Below, piece by piece: positions 38,098-47,522 of a stretch of 64,000 nt of DNA. Source of the stretch: an uncultured Muribaculaceae bacterium (lineage in GTDB: Bacteria > Pseudomonadota > Alphaproteobacteria > Rs-D84); contig CAZUED010000002.1 in NCBI GenBank assembly GCA_964619545.1, positions 1,253 through 65,252 on the forward strand, given 5' to 3'. The position numbers and the translations under genes were made by a program. A model generated the notes under the pieces. That model was not told the origin of the DNA. It worked only from the letters and a program-made list of their open reading frames with translations, and ran no database searches. How positions within the stretch are numbered: the first letter of the stretch is position 1; each line of letters opens with the position of its first letter.

Positions 38098-39174
38098 ATG
38101 TTATCTGGCTTGTTATCAAATCTTGGTTATGAAATGGGTGGAGGCGCGCTGTTTGCCTGTGGCTTTATCGGGGCATTTTTAATTATGCTGGCGTTCGGGC
38201 GCAGATATATCAATGCTATGCGCCGTTGGCAGAAAAAGGGTCAGCCAATCAGCGAAAATGTGCCAGCTTCCCATTTGGCAAAGGCTGGAACCCCCACAAT
38301 AGGTGGCGGTCTGATGTTGGCGGCAATACTGGTATCCAGTATTCTGTTTATGGATTATTATAATCCTGCGCCGTGGATTGCATTGGGTGCATTGGTGTGG
38401 TTTGGCGCAATCGGATTTGCAGATGATTATAAAAAAGTAACCAGCCAAAGCGTCAAGGCCTCGAACGGCTTGTCGCCGAAAATGCGACTGATTCTAGAAG
38501 GGGTCGGCGTGATAGCATTGGCGTATTGCGCAGATGCGATTATGCCTTTTTATCTGCCATCATATTCTGTAGTATTCCCTGGTGGATATATTTTCCCTAT
38601 TGGAATTTTGTATTTTGGATTTGCTTATTTTGTAATAGCTGGGACGGCAAACGCTGCAAACATTACCGATGGTTTGGATGGTATGCTGTCAAAGATTTAT
38701 CTGCCGATTTTAGTTGTTATGTTGATTGCTTTATTTGGCGCAACAAGGGTCGGATTTATTCCTAACTCTTTATTACTGCCAGACGCAGCCGGATTGTTCC
38801 CAGTATTAGGTGCGGCATTTGGAGCATTGGTTGGATTTTTATGGTTTAATTCATCGCCAGCATCAATTTTCATGGGTGATACCGGCAGCCTGGCACTGGG
38901 TGGATTTATAGGCACCATTGCGATGTTATTAAAAGTTGAAATAGTAATGGGCGTGGCCAGTTTAATGCTGGTTGCGATTTTGCTGTCCAGCTTTATCCAA
39001 ACCTTTGTTTATAAACTGACCAAGAAAAATGGGGTTGGAAAAAGGGTTTTCTTGCGCGCACCACTGCATCATCATTTGGAAGAACTGGGATTGCCCGAAT
39101 CAAAAATCGTGGAAAGATTTTTTATAATGTCGGTTTTGTTTAGCGGTCTGGCCTTGTTATTACTGAGGTTGTAA
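38098..39174 (+). CDS. mraY: Phospho-N-acetylmuramoyl-pentapeptide transferase MraY
   Basis: Conserved DD and DGLDG motifs, and the HHH motif (LHHHLEELG). 10 TM helices. Confidence 0.9.
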   Translation: MLSGLLSNLGYEMGGGALFACGFIGAFLIMLAFGRRYINAMRRWQKKGQPISENVPASHLAKAGTPTIGGGLMLAAILVSSILFMDYYNPAPWIALGALVWFGAIGFADDYKKVTSQSVKASNGLSPKMRLILEGVGVIALAYCADAIMPFYLPSYSVVFPGGYIFPIGILYFGFAYFVIAGTANAANITDGLDGMLSKIYLPILVVMLIALFGATRVGFIPNSLLLPDAAGLFPVLGAAFGALVGFLWFNSSPASIFMGDTGSLALGGFIGTIAMLLKVEIVMGVASLMLVAILLSSFIQTFVYKLTKKNGVGKRVFLRAPLHHHLEELGLPESKIVERFFIMSVLFSGLALLLLRL

Positions 39175-39175
39175 A

Positions 39176-40321
39176 ATGATAAAACGCGGCGAAGAAAGCA
39201 CTCTTACCAGCTGGTATTTTGAAATAGATTGGCGTCTGTTCTGGTGCGTCATAGTAATGTCTTTGGTAGGATTGCTGGCGATGGTGTCGGCGGGAAGCGT
39301 CGCGGCCGAGCGGTTAAATCCCCCCCAGCCCTGGCACTTTTTCTTGGTAAAGGCAATTCCGCTTTACATAATTGGAATAATAACTTTGTTGGTGTCGTCT
39401 TTCTTGGGTAAGCGCCAGGTTCTGACTATTGCGGTATTGAATGTATTGGTCTGTTTATTGCTTTTGGCGGCAACGTTAGTTATGCCAGCTGCGGTCAAGG
39501 GAAGCGCCCGTTGGGTTGATTTGGGTTTTGCATCCGTTATGCCCAGCGATTTAATGAAGCCCGGTTTTATAATTATAACTTCTTGGTTTTTGGTGCGAAT
39601 GGAAAAATTGTCACCAGGTGATATATTTTTTGCAAAAAGGGCATGGAAATGGGACGCTTGGCCGGCGTATTTGGCAGTATTCTTGCCGATGCTGCTTATT
39701 ATTCTGACGCATCCGGATTTCGGATCTTTCGTGCTTTATTTGGCTGTGTTTTCAGCAATGATTTTTCTGGCTGGACTGCCGATGTATTTTATTCCCATTT
39801 TTGCAGGACTGGGGGCAGGGGCGTTTGTCTTTGCATTCCTGACAATGTCACATGTGCGACTGCGAGTTCTGGGCTTCCTGGGTTTGGCCGGTGGTGGTGA
39901 TAATTATCAGATTAGAAAATCAGTCGAGGCCGTACAACATGGTGGCTTGTTCGGTCGCGCAGAAGATAGTTTTATAAAGCAATCATTACCTGATGCACAT
40001 ACAGACTTTGTGTTTTCAGCGATTGCAGAAGATTCAGGTGCGATAATAGCATGTATTCTTTTGCTGGGCTTTTTATACGTATTAAAACGTCTTGCGGTGA
40101 ATGCAATGAATGCCAAGGACAAGTTAGTGTTTTATGCATGTGGTGGTCTGATGGCCTTGTTTGGCGCCCAAGTATGTATAAACTTGATGTCTGCGCTGGG
40201 ATTGTTTCCACCCAAAGGAATGACACTGCCGTTTATTTCGTATGGTGGATCCTCTTTTGTTGCATTTTGCCTTGCGTTTGGTATGATTTTGGCGTTGGTC
40301 CGCGAGGACAAATGGAAATAA
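39176..40321 (+). CDS. ftsW: Peptidoglycan glycosyltransferase, SEDS family (FtsW/RodA)
   Basis: SEDS topology and a C-terminal PFISYGGSS motif. Position between mraY and murG. Confidence 0.85.
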   Translation: MIKRGEESTLTSWYFEIDWRLFWCVIVMSLVGLLAMVSAGSVAAERLNPPQPWHFFLVKAIPLYIIGIITLLVSSFLGKRQVLTIAVLNVLVCLLLLAATLVMPAAVKGSARWVDLGFASVMPSDLMKPGFIIITSWFLVRMEKLSPGDIFFAKRAWKWDAWPAYLAVFLPMLLIILTHPDFGSFVLYLAVFSAMIFLAGLPMYFIPIFAGLGAGAFVFAFLTMSHVRLRVLGFLGLAGGGDNYQIRKSVEAVQHGGLFGRAEDSFIKQSLPDAHTDFVFSAIAEDSGAIIACILLLGFLYVLKRLAVNAMNAKDKLVFYACGGLMALFGAQVCINLMSALGLFPPKGMTLPFISYGGSSFVAFCLAFGMILALVREDKWK

Positions 40322-40339
40322 ATAAAATCGGAGGTCTAA

Positions 40340-41401
40340 ATGAAAATCTGGATAGCCACAGGCGGAACAGGTGGACATATTTTCCCAGCACTCAGCGTGG
40401 CTGAGGAATTAGTTCGTCGTCATCACAGCGTTATAATTTCCAGCGATAGCCGTGGTATGGCTATGGTAAAAAAGAACAAGCCTGGGCGTGCCGGTACAGC
40501 ATTTATTTGGGCGGCTGGTGTAGGTGCGAAATCAAGTGTTCAACAAGCAATAGCGCTGTTCAAGATTGCAGCATCGGCAATCGCCTTGACTTTGCGGTTT
40601 ATGATTTTCAGACCAAACAGAGTAGTGGCGTTTGGTGGCTATTCGTCCGTGCCGGTTGTTTTAGCAGCAAAAATGTGGCATGTTCCAATCTTGCTGCACG
40701 AGCAGAATGCGCACATAGGTCGCGCAAATAAATTCACAGCACGCTGGATAAACACCCTTATGATAAGTTTTCCAAAAGTAAAAGGAATCGACGAATCAAA
40801 AACAAAAATTGTTTATACTGGATTGCCAGTGCGTAAAGAGTTTTTATCATCATCTCTTGTTGCGCCATCATCTTTTAATCTTTTGGTAACAGGTGGCAGC
40901 CTGGGCTCGCAAATTCTGGATGATGTTGTCCCAGATGCAGTTATGAAATTATCGGCTGCGATGCGGAAAAAATTATTCATAACCCAGCAAACGCGTCCTG
41001 AAAATGTTGCGCGGCTGCAAAGGTTTTATGCCAGTAATGGAATCAAGGCAAATGTTGTCGGATTTATAAACGATATGGCGGCGGCCCTTTCGTCGGCCGA
41101 ACTGGTTATCGGTCGCGCTGGCGCCAGCACGATTGCAGAATTGCAGGCCATTGGTCGACCAGCAATTCTTGTGCCATTGGGAATAAATCCAGATCAGGCA
41201 GCAAATGCCGAATCTTTTGCATCAACCGGTGGAGCGCTGGCAATAGAACAGAAAAGCTTTACAGCAAAATGGTTGTCAGCAGAATTAGAGGAACTTTTTG
41301 GCAATCCAGCAAGATTAAAGAAAATGGCTGACAAGGCAAAACTGACAAACAATGCTGTTAAAAATATAGTCGAAGAAGTTCTGAAAACAGAAAAAAATTA
41401 A
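40340..41401 (+). CDS. murG: UDP-GlcNAc:lipid I GlcNAc transferase MurG
   Basis: GGTGGH N-terminal motif (TGGTGGHIFPALSVAEEL) and the GT28 C-terminal domain. GGAGG SD. Confidence 0.85.
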   Translation: MKIWIATGGTGGHIFPALSVAEELVRRHHSVIISSDSRGMAMVKKNKPGRAGTAFIWAAGVGAKSSVQQAIALFKIAASAIALTLRFMIFRPNRVVAFGGYSSVPVVLAAKMWHVPILLHEQNAHIGRANKFTARWINTLMISFPKVKGIDESKTKIVYTGLPVRKEFLSSSLVAPSSFNLLVTGGSLGSQILDDVVPDAVMKLSAAMRKKLFITQQTRPENVARLQRFYASNGIKANVVGFINDMAAALSSAELVIGRAGASTIAELQAIGRPAILVPLGINPDQAANAESFASTGGALAIEQKSFTAKWLSAELEELFGNPARLKKMADKAKLTNNAVKNIVEEVLKTEKN

Positions 41402-41450
41402 TTGTAAAATACGGCATTCGGTTTTTTCAAAATTAATGTAGAATTATGTC

Positions 41451-41483
41451 TTGATTTTTTAATCATTATAAATTATAATCATT
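41451..41483 (+). promoter_or_regulatory. Putative sigma-70 promoter (TTGATT-17-TATAAT) with overlapping AATCATT direct repeats. Candidate MarR operator.
   Basis: -35 TTGATT at 41451-56 and -10 TATAAT at 41474-79. AATCATT at 41461-67 and 41477-83. Lies about 25 nt upstream of marR. Confidence 0.35.
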
Positions 41484-41508
41484 TTCGCTTTTAATGAACT
41501 GGTGAAAA

Positions 41509-41985
41509 ATGCCAAAGAAAGAATTTGTACATCTTATAGAACAGAATATGCTTATTTTGGCATGGTTGACTGACAGGCTGAAGATAAGCAATAGTGTATT
41601 TTTTCGCCATCCGCGTCAGCAGCTAGAGCTGTTAGTGCGCTTGCATTTAGGCGGACGCGCACGATTAAAAGACATATCAGAAAGAGAATGCACGCCCACA
41701 TCAAATTTGTGTGCGACTTTTCGTATTCTGGAAAGCCAGGGACTTGTGCGCCGTGAAATTGATGAATTTGACAGACGCAATACTTGGTATTCGGTTACGT
41801 CTAGGGGCGCGAAACTGGCAATTCAGACCATAGAATTATTCCGTAAGCGAATAATGGAAATTTTTTCCGGATTAAACCCAGCAGACGAGGTCAGATTAAC
41901 CAGCGCTTTGCGAACTATCAATGAATTAGTAACGAAAATGAAAGAAGAAAATATAAATTCGAATGTGAAAGAAAAAAGGAAATAG
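41509..41985 (+). CDS. MarR-family transcriptional regulator
   Basis: Winged-helix region (RLHLGGRARLKDISERECTPTSNLCATFRILESQGLVRRE...DRRNTWYSVTSRG). Confidence 0.7.
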   Translation: MPKKEFVHLIEQNMLILAWLTDRLKISNSVFFRHPRQQLELLVRLHLGGRARLKDISERECTPTSNLCATFRILESQGLVRREIDEFDRRNTWYSVTSRGAKLAIQTIELFRKRIMEIFSGLNPADEVRLTSALRTINELVTKMKEENINSNVKEKRK

Positions 41986-41986
41986 G

Positions 41987-43324
41987 ATGAAGATTAAAAA
42001 AAGTTTTTTTATATGTTTGTTTTTGCCGTTTGTTTCTTTGGTATCGGTGGTATTTACGCCATGTTATGCGCGCGATCTTTCTTTTAATGATGCAGTAAAG
42101 ATGATAGAGAAAGAATCAAACGATATAAAAAGCGCCGATGCAAATGTTAAAAAAGCAGATGCACAACTGGATGCTGCAAAATCTAATCGCTGGTTACATG
42201 TTGATGGTACGGCCAGTTATATGAATTTGGTAAATGTAAAAAAACCAAGCAGTCCAAATGGGGTCGAACTGCCACCAGAACTTGGTGGATTAATTTCTAA
42301 TCTTACTGGTTCATCGGCTAACGTAACAATTCCCGATAACATTTTTATGGCTGGGGTCACCGTCAGTCAGCCAATATATACTTTTGGGAAAATAGGTAAT
42401 GCAGTGGATGCTATGCGGAATGTGGTTGATATGTCAAAACTGGGTAAAGAGCTGACACAGCGCGAGGTTCGATATGCTGCTGCGCAGCTTTACTGGACTG
42501 CTAAGATGGCAGATGGGGCAGTCCAGATTGCTGAAAAAACTTTGAATGAGTCATATGCATCGCGTAAGAAATTAACATCTACTGGACGACCAGGGCGCGC
42601 AAATTTGGTAAAGATAGAGGCCGACATCGCATCTAAGGAAATCAATCTTTCGGATGCTAAATTTAATCGCGACACTGCAAATCGTATGTTGAAAATAATG
42701 GCAGGAATTGATGTAGACGAAGAGCTGGTTTTAACAGATGATTTCCCATCGTCTTTTGGTACGTTGCAAGCTGGAAAAATGGAAAGTAATCCTGAATGGG
42801 AAATTTTGGAGAATCAAGTGCAAATGTATGAAAAAAATGCAAGTGCTAAGCGCGCCGGATACTTACCTACATTAGCTGCTACTGCATCTTATAATTATGT
42901 AGCAACTCATGATGATGCACAGATGTGGCATGGAAATAAAGCACAGAATGCTTATTGGGGGCTGGCGCTGAGCGTTCCGATTTTTGACGGCGGCTTAAAT
43001 CGTGCCAATGCGACGGCTGCTGCAATGGATGCAGAAGTTGCACGTCAAGATCTGGATAAGTCTAAAAAACTGAAGACAGAAGAATATAGAACTGCGATAG
43101 AAAAATACGATCATCTGCGGGGAAATTTGGCTAACTTGGAAAATGCGCGAAGCTTGGCACAAAAGGCATATGGATATAGTCTTGAAAGATTCGCAGCTGG
43201 TCAAACCAGCGCAGTCGAAGTTTCCGAAGTTTCCGCCGCCGCCGCTCAAATGGAAATGGCGGTCTTGAATGCAAAATACAACATTGTGTTGGCCCAGGAA
43301 CAGATAAAGAAATTGAACAAATGA
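41987..43324 (+). CDS. TolC-like outer-membrane efflux channel
   Basis: Signal peptide. Two OEP repeats with coiled-coil segments. Sits in an operon with the MFP and RND pump. Confidence 0.75.
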   Translation: MKIKKSFFICLFLPFVSLVSVVFTPCYARDLSFNDAVKMIEKESNDIKSADANVKKADAQLDAAKSNRWLHVDGTASYMNLVNVKKPSSPNGVELPPELGGLISNLTGSSANVTIPDNIFMAGVTVSQPIYTFGKIGNAVDAMRNVVDMSKLGKELTQREVRYAAAQLYWTAKMADGAVQIAEKTLNESYASRKKLTSTGRPGRANLVKIEADIASKEINLSDAKFNRDTANRMLKIMAGIDVDEELVLTDDFPSSFGTLQAGKMESNPEWEILENQVQMYEKNASAKRAGYLPTLAATASYNYVATHDDAQMWHGNKAQNAYWGLALSVPIFDGGLNRANATAAAMDAEVARQDLDKSKKLKTEEYRTAIEKYDHLRGNLANLENARSLAQKAYGYSLERFAAGQTSAVEVSEVSAAAAQMEMAVLNAKYNIVLAQEQIKKLNK

Positions 43325-43899
43325 AAAAGCAAACAAAACTTATTTATATTTTAATTGGTGTTATCATTACTGGTTGGATTGGCTATCGCGTTTATGCGAT
43401 TTATCATGAAGCCAGACGCGAAGTATTTAATGCAGCACGCGCATCAGCAGCGCCGGCAGAAACCATGATTGTGACCCAAAAATTGGGCGTATTGCGCGAG
43501 CCTTTGTTTATAAAAAACAACCAGGCATTTGTTTCGGGGACGCGCGTAAACAGATTTGGTATAGGCCAAAAAGTCGGCCCAGCAGGTCGAATAATTTCTG
43601 TTTCCAGCAAAGTCGATTTAGATACTGGAATGTATTTGATACAAACATCCGGCGCAGCCGATGGGGAACAATTTGCCGAGCAAAAATATACTGGTTTTTT
43701 CATCCCTGCATCAGCAGTCCGTGATGGTAAAATAATGATAGTCCAAAATGGAGTTGTAGTTGCTAACGGGGTAAAAATTGTAAATCGCGATTCTGAAAAT
43801 GTCTTGATTCAACGTGGTTTGAATGATGGCGATATAGTGGTTTTATCCAGAGTAGAAGAAGGGACCAGGGTAACATACGGGGTGCAGAGAAATGATTAA
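43321..43899 (+). CDS. Short membrane-fusion (periplasmic adaptor) protein, HlyD/AcrA-like
   Basis: N-terminal TM anchor and a beta-barrel/membrane-proximal region (IVQNGVVVANGVKIV, DIVVLS). At 192 aa it lacks the usual alpha-hairpin length. Confidence 0.5.
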   Translation: MKKQTKLIYILIGVIITGWIGYRVYAIYHEARREVFNAARASAAPAETMIVTQKLGVLREPLFIKNNQAFVSGTRVNRFGIGQKVGPAGRIISVSSKVDLDTGMYLIQTSGAADGEQFAEQKYTGFFIPASAVRDGKIMIVQNGVVVANGVKIVNRDSENVLIQRGLNDGDIVVLSRVEEGTRVTYGVQRND

Positions 43900-46800
43900 A
43901 TTTTTTGTAAAAAGACCAGTTACAACAATAATGTTTGTGCTGCTTTGGGTTGTTCTGGGTATTGCAGCATTTCCGAATATGAATATAGAGCGCACGCCGG
44001 CCATAGATTTTCCAATGGTTACGGCAACACTTGTTTATCCCGGCGCATCACCTGCGGAAATTGAATCACAAGTAGTGCAAAAGGCCGAAGACGCTATTTC
44101 AGAAGTTGCAGGTGTAAAAAAAATTACCAGCCAAGCATTTGAAAATGGCGGCTTTGTAATGGCGGAGTTTAACTTGGGTGTAAATGTTAACGACAAAGCG
44201 TCCGAGGTAAAGGCAAAGCTGGACGCGATTGGTTCAGAATTTCCAGAAGGATTAAAACAACCAGTTGTTGAAAAATTAAATCCGCTACAAGAATCTGTGA
44301 TAGACATTGTTTTAACTGGTGCTTCGGCGCGTGATTTGGAATTTTATGCAACCGATGTGCTTTCCAATAAAATTACTGCAACCAAGGGTGTTGCAGGTAT
44401 AAGTGTGTTTGGTGGTGAGCAGCGTGCAGTGCGAATATGGATGAATCCAGAATTAATGGCGGCGCGTGGTGTTGCAGTAATGGATGTTGTTGCGGCATTG
44501 GGTGCGCAAAATCTGAATGTTCCAGGTGGACGTATCGAGCAGGGAACAGATTCCAACAATATACGTTTCATCGGTGAATTTGCCAGCATTAGTGATATAG
44601 AAAATCTTCGGATTACAACAACCGAAGGTCAGAATTTTTCATTAAGTGAAATTGCGCAGGTAGTCGATACCGCACGGGATGTGGAAACCGGCGCCAGATA
44701 TAATGGCAAGCCAGTTGTGATTTTGTCGGTTGTAAAAGCATCAGATGGAAATGCAATAAAAATTTCGGAAAATCTGCGCAAACAATTACCTGCTATGCAG
44801 CAATCTATACAAACACGCTTTCCTGATGCGCGTATGGAAATAATTTCCGATTCTTCAATTGCGATTGCAAACGAAACAAACAATACTTTGCGCGACATTT
44901 TTTTAGGTTTGGGGCTGACCATAATTGTTTTGTTAGCATTCACGCGAAATTGGCGCACAACAATAATTGCAGGTGTTATGATTCCGGCGTCATTAGTGGC
45001 GGGATTATTCTTTATGGATCTGTCTGGTTTTACCATAAACGCTATGACATTATTGGCGATAGCAACAGCACTTGGAACTTTGATTACTGACGCCATTATT
45101 TTGATCGAGTCAGCATTAGGAATGATAGAAAAAGGAATGTCACCCGAAGAAGCAGCAGTAGAGGGGACAAAGAAAGTTGCAGTGCGAATTTTTGCCACGA
45201 TTTTGACCCATGTTGTGGTGTTTTTACCCCTGGCATTTATGGAAGGAATCGTTGGTCAATTTATGAAGCAATTCGGTTTGTCGGTCGTGTATTTTGTTTT
45301 GCTGTCATCTGTATTTTCATTCACTTTGACACCAATGATGATTGCAAAAATTTTGCGCCCGCGACCAAAGTCAAAACTTAAAACAGAAAAGACCAAGGGA
45401 GATTTGACTTGGTTTCGTCCTTTCTATGATTGGCAGTTAGCGCATCCATGGCGCGCGGTTGGAATTGCGGCAGCGGCATTGGTTATCACGATTATTCCAA
45501 TGCGTTGGGTTGGAAACGAATTCCAACCACCAATTGATGCGAATGAAATCACGATAACGGCGCGTGCGCCAGCTGGCAGCAACTTTGCAAGATCTGAACA
45601 AGTCGCACAACAAATTGAACAAAAGTTGCATGACTTTAAAGAAGTAAAATCGACTTCTGTTAAAATTGGTCAGCGTGGACTTCAGAACATTGATGTTCGG
45701 GTAGAGCTGGTTCCACGCGCAGAACGCAGCCTTTCAGACAAGCGTATTGCCCAAAAAATGGCAAAAAAACTTTATGAAGTTCCAGATGCGGAAATTCAGA
45801 TTCGTGCTGGTGAATCGGTGGGGGGCGCAGGTTTTTCATCCGATATAGTTATGAACATTAGTGGTGAAAACGATGCAATTCGTGAAGATTATGCCAATCA
45901 AGTAATAAAGTTGCTGAATCAGATTCCTGAAATTCAAAGCGCGGTTCGTGCACAACAAACACCTGGCGAGGAATTAAAATTTATTCCCAATAATGATAAT
46001 ATGAGTTTTTGGGGTATTAAAAACGCATCGGCCGGTACGGCTTTACGGACAGCATTGTTTGGTAATGATGATTATAAATATAAAGAGGCCGGAAAAGAGT
46101 ATCCAATAATTTTGGAGTTTTCTAAATCTTTCAAAAATCGCGAAATGTTCGATAATGTTTTTGTTTCATCACCAAAGGGGCTGGTGCCTTTGTCGCAACT
46201 TGGCGGAGTAGAAGAGGCTCAAGCAACTCCTGATATACGTAGATTGGATAAAAATCGTATAACCCAAATAGATATAAATCTGGGTAAAAGCACAATCGGA
46301 CCTGTGCAATCAAAAATAGAAGCCGCATTAAAAACAATAGACTGGAAGCCAGGATACCAAGCGAGCTTTGGTGGAATGAGCGAGATTCAATCCGAAACAA
46401 CCGGTGAAATTGGGACTGCGTTTTTACTGGCAACCATTCTGACATTCATGTGCTTGGCCGCGATACTGAATTCATGGGCGCACCCACTTACTATTGCAAC
46501 TGGAATACTTACCGGCTTTTCCGGGGTATTCGTTTTAATGTTCCTGGTCGGCGCAACAATTAATGTCGCATCAATGTTGGCGCTGATAATGTTAGTTGGA
46601 CTGGCTGTCAGCACAAACATTTTGGTATTAGAGCCAACGCTGGAAGATATAGAACGCGGAATCCCCGCAAATAAAGCGCTGTGGGATCAATTCGTGGATA
46701 AAAAACGCATGTTAGCGATGACAACAATAGCGGTGGTCGCAGGATTGGTGCCGCAATTATGGTCTGTTGACGGAATGAAAACCAGTATGGGCGCAGTTAT

Positions 46801-46921
46801 TATTGGCGGAATACTGGCGTCATTGTTCTGGACTTTCTTTTTAACCCCGGCTATATTCACGCTAATGGAAAGAACCAGGAAAAAGAAAAATGCTGAAAAA
46901 ACAAAAAATAGTGGTATTTGA
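43892..46921 (+). CDS. RND-family efflux transporter (AcrB-like)
   Basis: 1009 aa. 12 TM helices with two large periplasmic loops. Typical N-terminus MIKFFVKRPVTTIMFVLLWVVLGIAAF. Confidence 0.9.
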   Translation: MIKFFVKRPVTTIMFVLLWVVLGIAAFPNMNIERTPAIDFPMVTATLVYPGASPAEIESQVVQKAEDAISEVAGVKKITSQAFENGGFVMAEFNLGVNVNDKASEVKAKLDAIGSEFPEGLKQPVVEKLNPLQESVIDIVLTGASARDLEFYATDVLSNKITATKGVAGISVFGGEQRAVRIWMNPELMAARGVAVMDVVAALGAQNLNVPGGRIEQGTDSNNIRFIGEFASISDIENLRITTTEGQNFSLSEIAQVVDTARDVETGARYNGKPVVILSVVKASDGNAIKISENLRKQLPAMQQSIQTRFPDARMEIISDSSIAIANETNNTLRDIFLGLGLTIIVLLAFTRNWRTTIIAGVMIPASLVAGLFFMDLSGFTINAMTLLAIATALGTLITDAIILIESALGMIEKGMSPEEAAVEGTKKVAVRIFATILTHVVVFLPLAFMEGIVGQFMKQFGLSVVYFVLLSSVFSFTLTPMMIAKILRPRPKSKLKTEKTKGDLTWFRPFYDWQLAHPWRAVGIAAAALVITIIPMRWVGNEFQPPIDANEITITARAPAGSNFARSEQVAQQIEQKLHDFKEVKSTSVKIGQRGLQNIDVRVELVPRAERSLSDKRIAQKMAKKLYEVPDAEIQIRAGESVGGAGFSSDIVMNISGENDAIREDYANQVIKLLNQIPEIQSAVRAQQTPGEELKFIPNNDNMSFWGIKNASAGTALRTALFGNDDYKYKEAGKEYPIILEFSKSFKNREMFDNVFVSSPKGLVPLSQLGGVEEAQATPDIRRLDKNRITQIDINLGKSTIGPVQSKIEAALKTIDWKPGYQASFGGMSEIQSETTGEIGTAFLLATILTFMCLAAILNSWAHPLTIATGILTGFSGVFVLMFLVGATINVASMLALIMLVGLAVSTNILVLEPTLEDIERGIPANKALWDQFVDKKRMLAMTTIAVVAGLVPQLWSVDGMKTSMGAVIIGGILASLFWTFFLTPAIFTLMERTRKKKNAEKTKNSGI

Positions 46922-47519
46922 TTTTGATGGAACACTGAGTGCTTCGGACTCTAATAAAGAGTTTATAAAGTACTGCTTTGCTCACAGTATGCGTCCATGG
47001 CTGTTTTCACCAATGATTTTATTGGGTGCAGGATTATCTTTATTTGATCGCAAGGATACTGATTTACGCCGACGCCCTATTGCAAAACTTTGGCGGGAAA
47101 TCATGCGTCGATTTGTCAGTAAAAAACTGGTGCGTTGCTTGGCCCCGGATTTTATAAAAGAACACCTAAGTCGTCGCTTTGCGTGGGCCGCAAAATGTGT
47201 TTCTGAACAGCGTAAAGAAAAAAATGTTATGGTTATTTTAATTTCAGCTGGTCCAGATTATTTAATTCCGCATCTTGTTAGTGATATGGATTTTGATGTT
47301 GTGCTTTGCAGCCAAATGCAAAAAAATCGTCCATGGAAATTTAATACTTTATGCTGGGGTTCTGGTAAGGTTGCGGCATTGAAAAAATGGGCAAAAGAAA
47401 ATAATGTTCAGCCAATTGTTTTGCGCAGTTATGGCGACAGCTATGGTGATATGCCATTGATGAAATTGGCCAAAGAACAAATTTGGATTGATTCCAAGAC
47501 TGGGAATCGTCGCATTTAA
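46890..47519 (+). CDS. HAD-superfamily hydrolase (subfamily IB-like)
   Basis: DFDGTL motif I (VVFDFDGTLS) and the C-terminal GDSYGD motif. Confidence 0.6.
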   Translation: MLKKQKIVVFDFDGTLSASDSNKEFIKYCFAHSMRPWLFSPMILLGAGLSLFDRKDTDLRRRPIAKLWREIMRRFVSKKLVRCLAPDFIKEHLSRRFAWAAKCVSEQRKEKNVMVILISAGPDYLIPHLVSDMDFDVVLCSQMQKNRPWKFNTLCWGSGKVAALKKWAKENNVQPIVLRSYGDSYGDMPLMKLAKEQIWIDSKTGNRRI

Positions 47520-47522
47520 TTT

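Noticed and set aside
38069-39176. Missing murD between mraY and ftsW read as a deletion or pseudogene
   Set aside because: There is no remnant ORF or frameshifted fragment. mraY stop and ftsW start are 1 nt apart. The gene is simply not at this locus and is presumably elsewhere.
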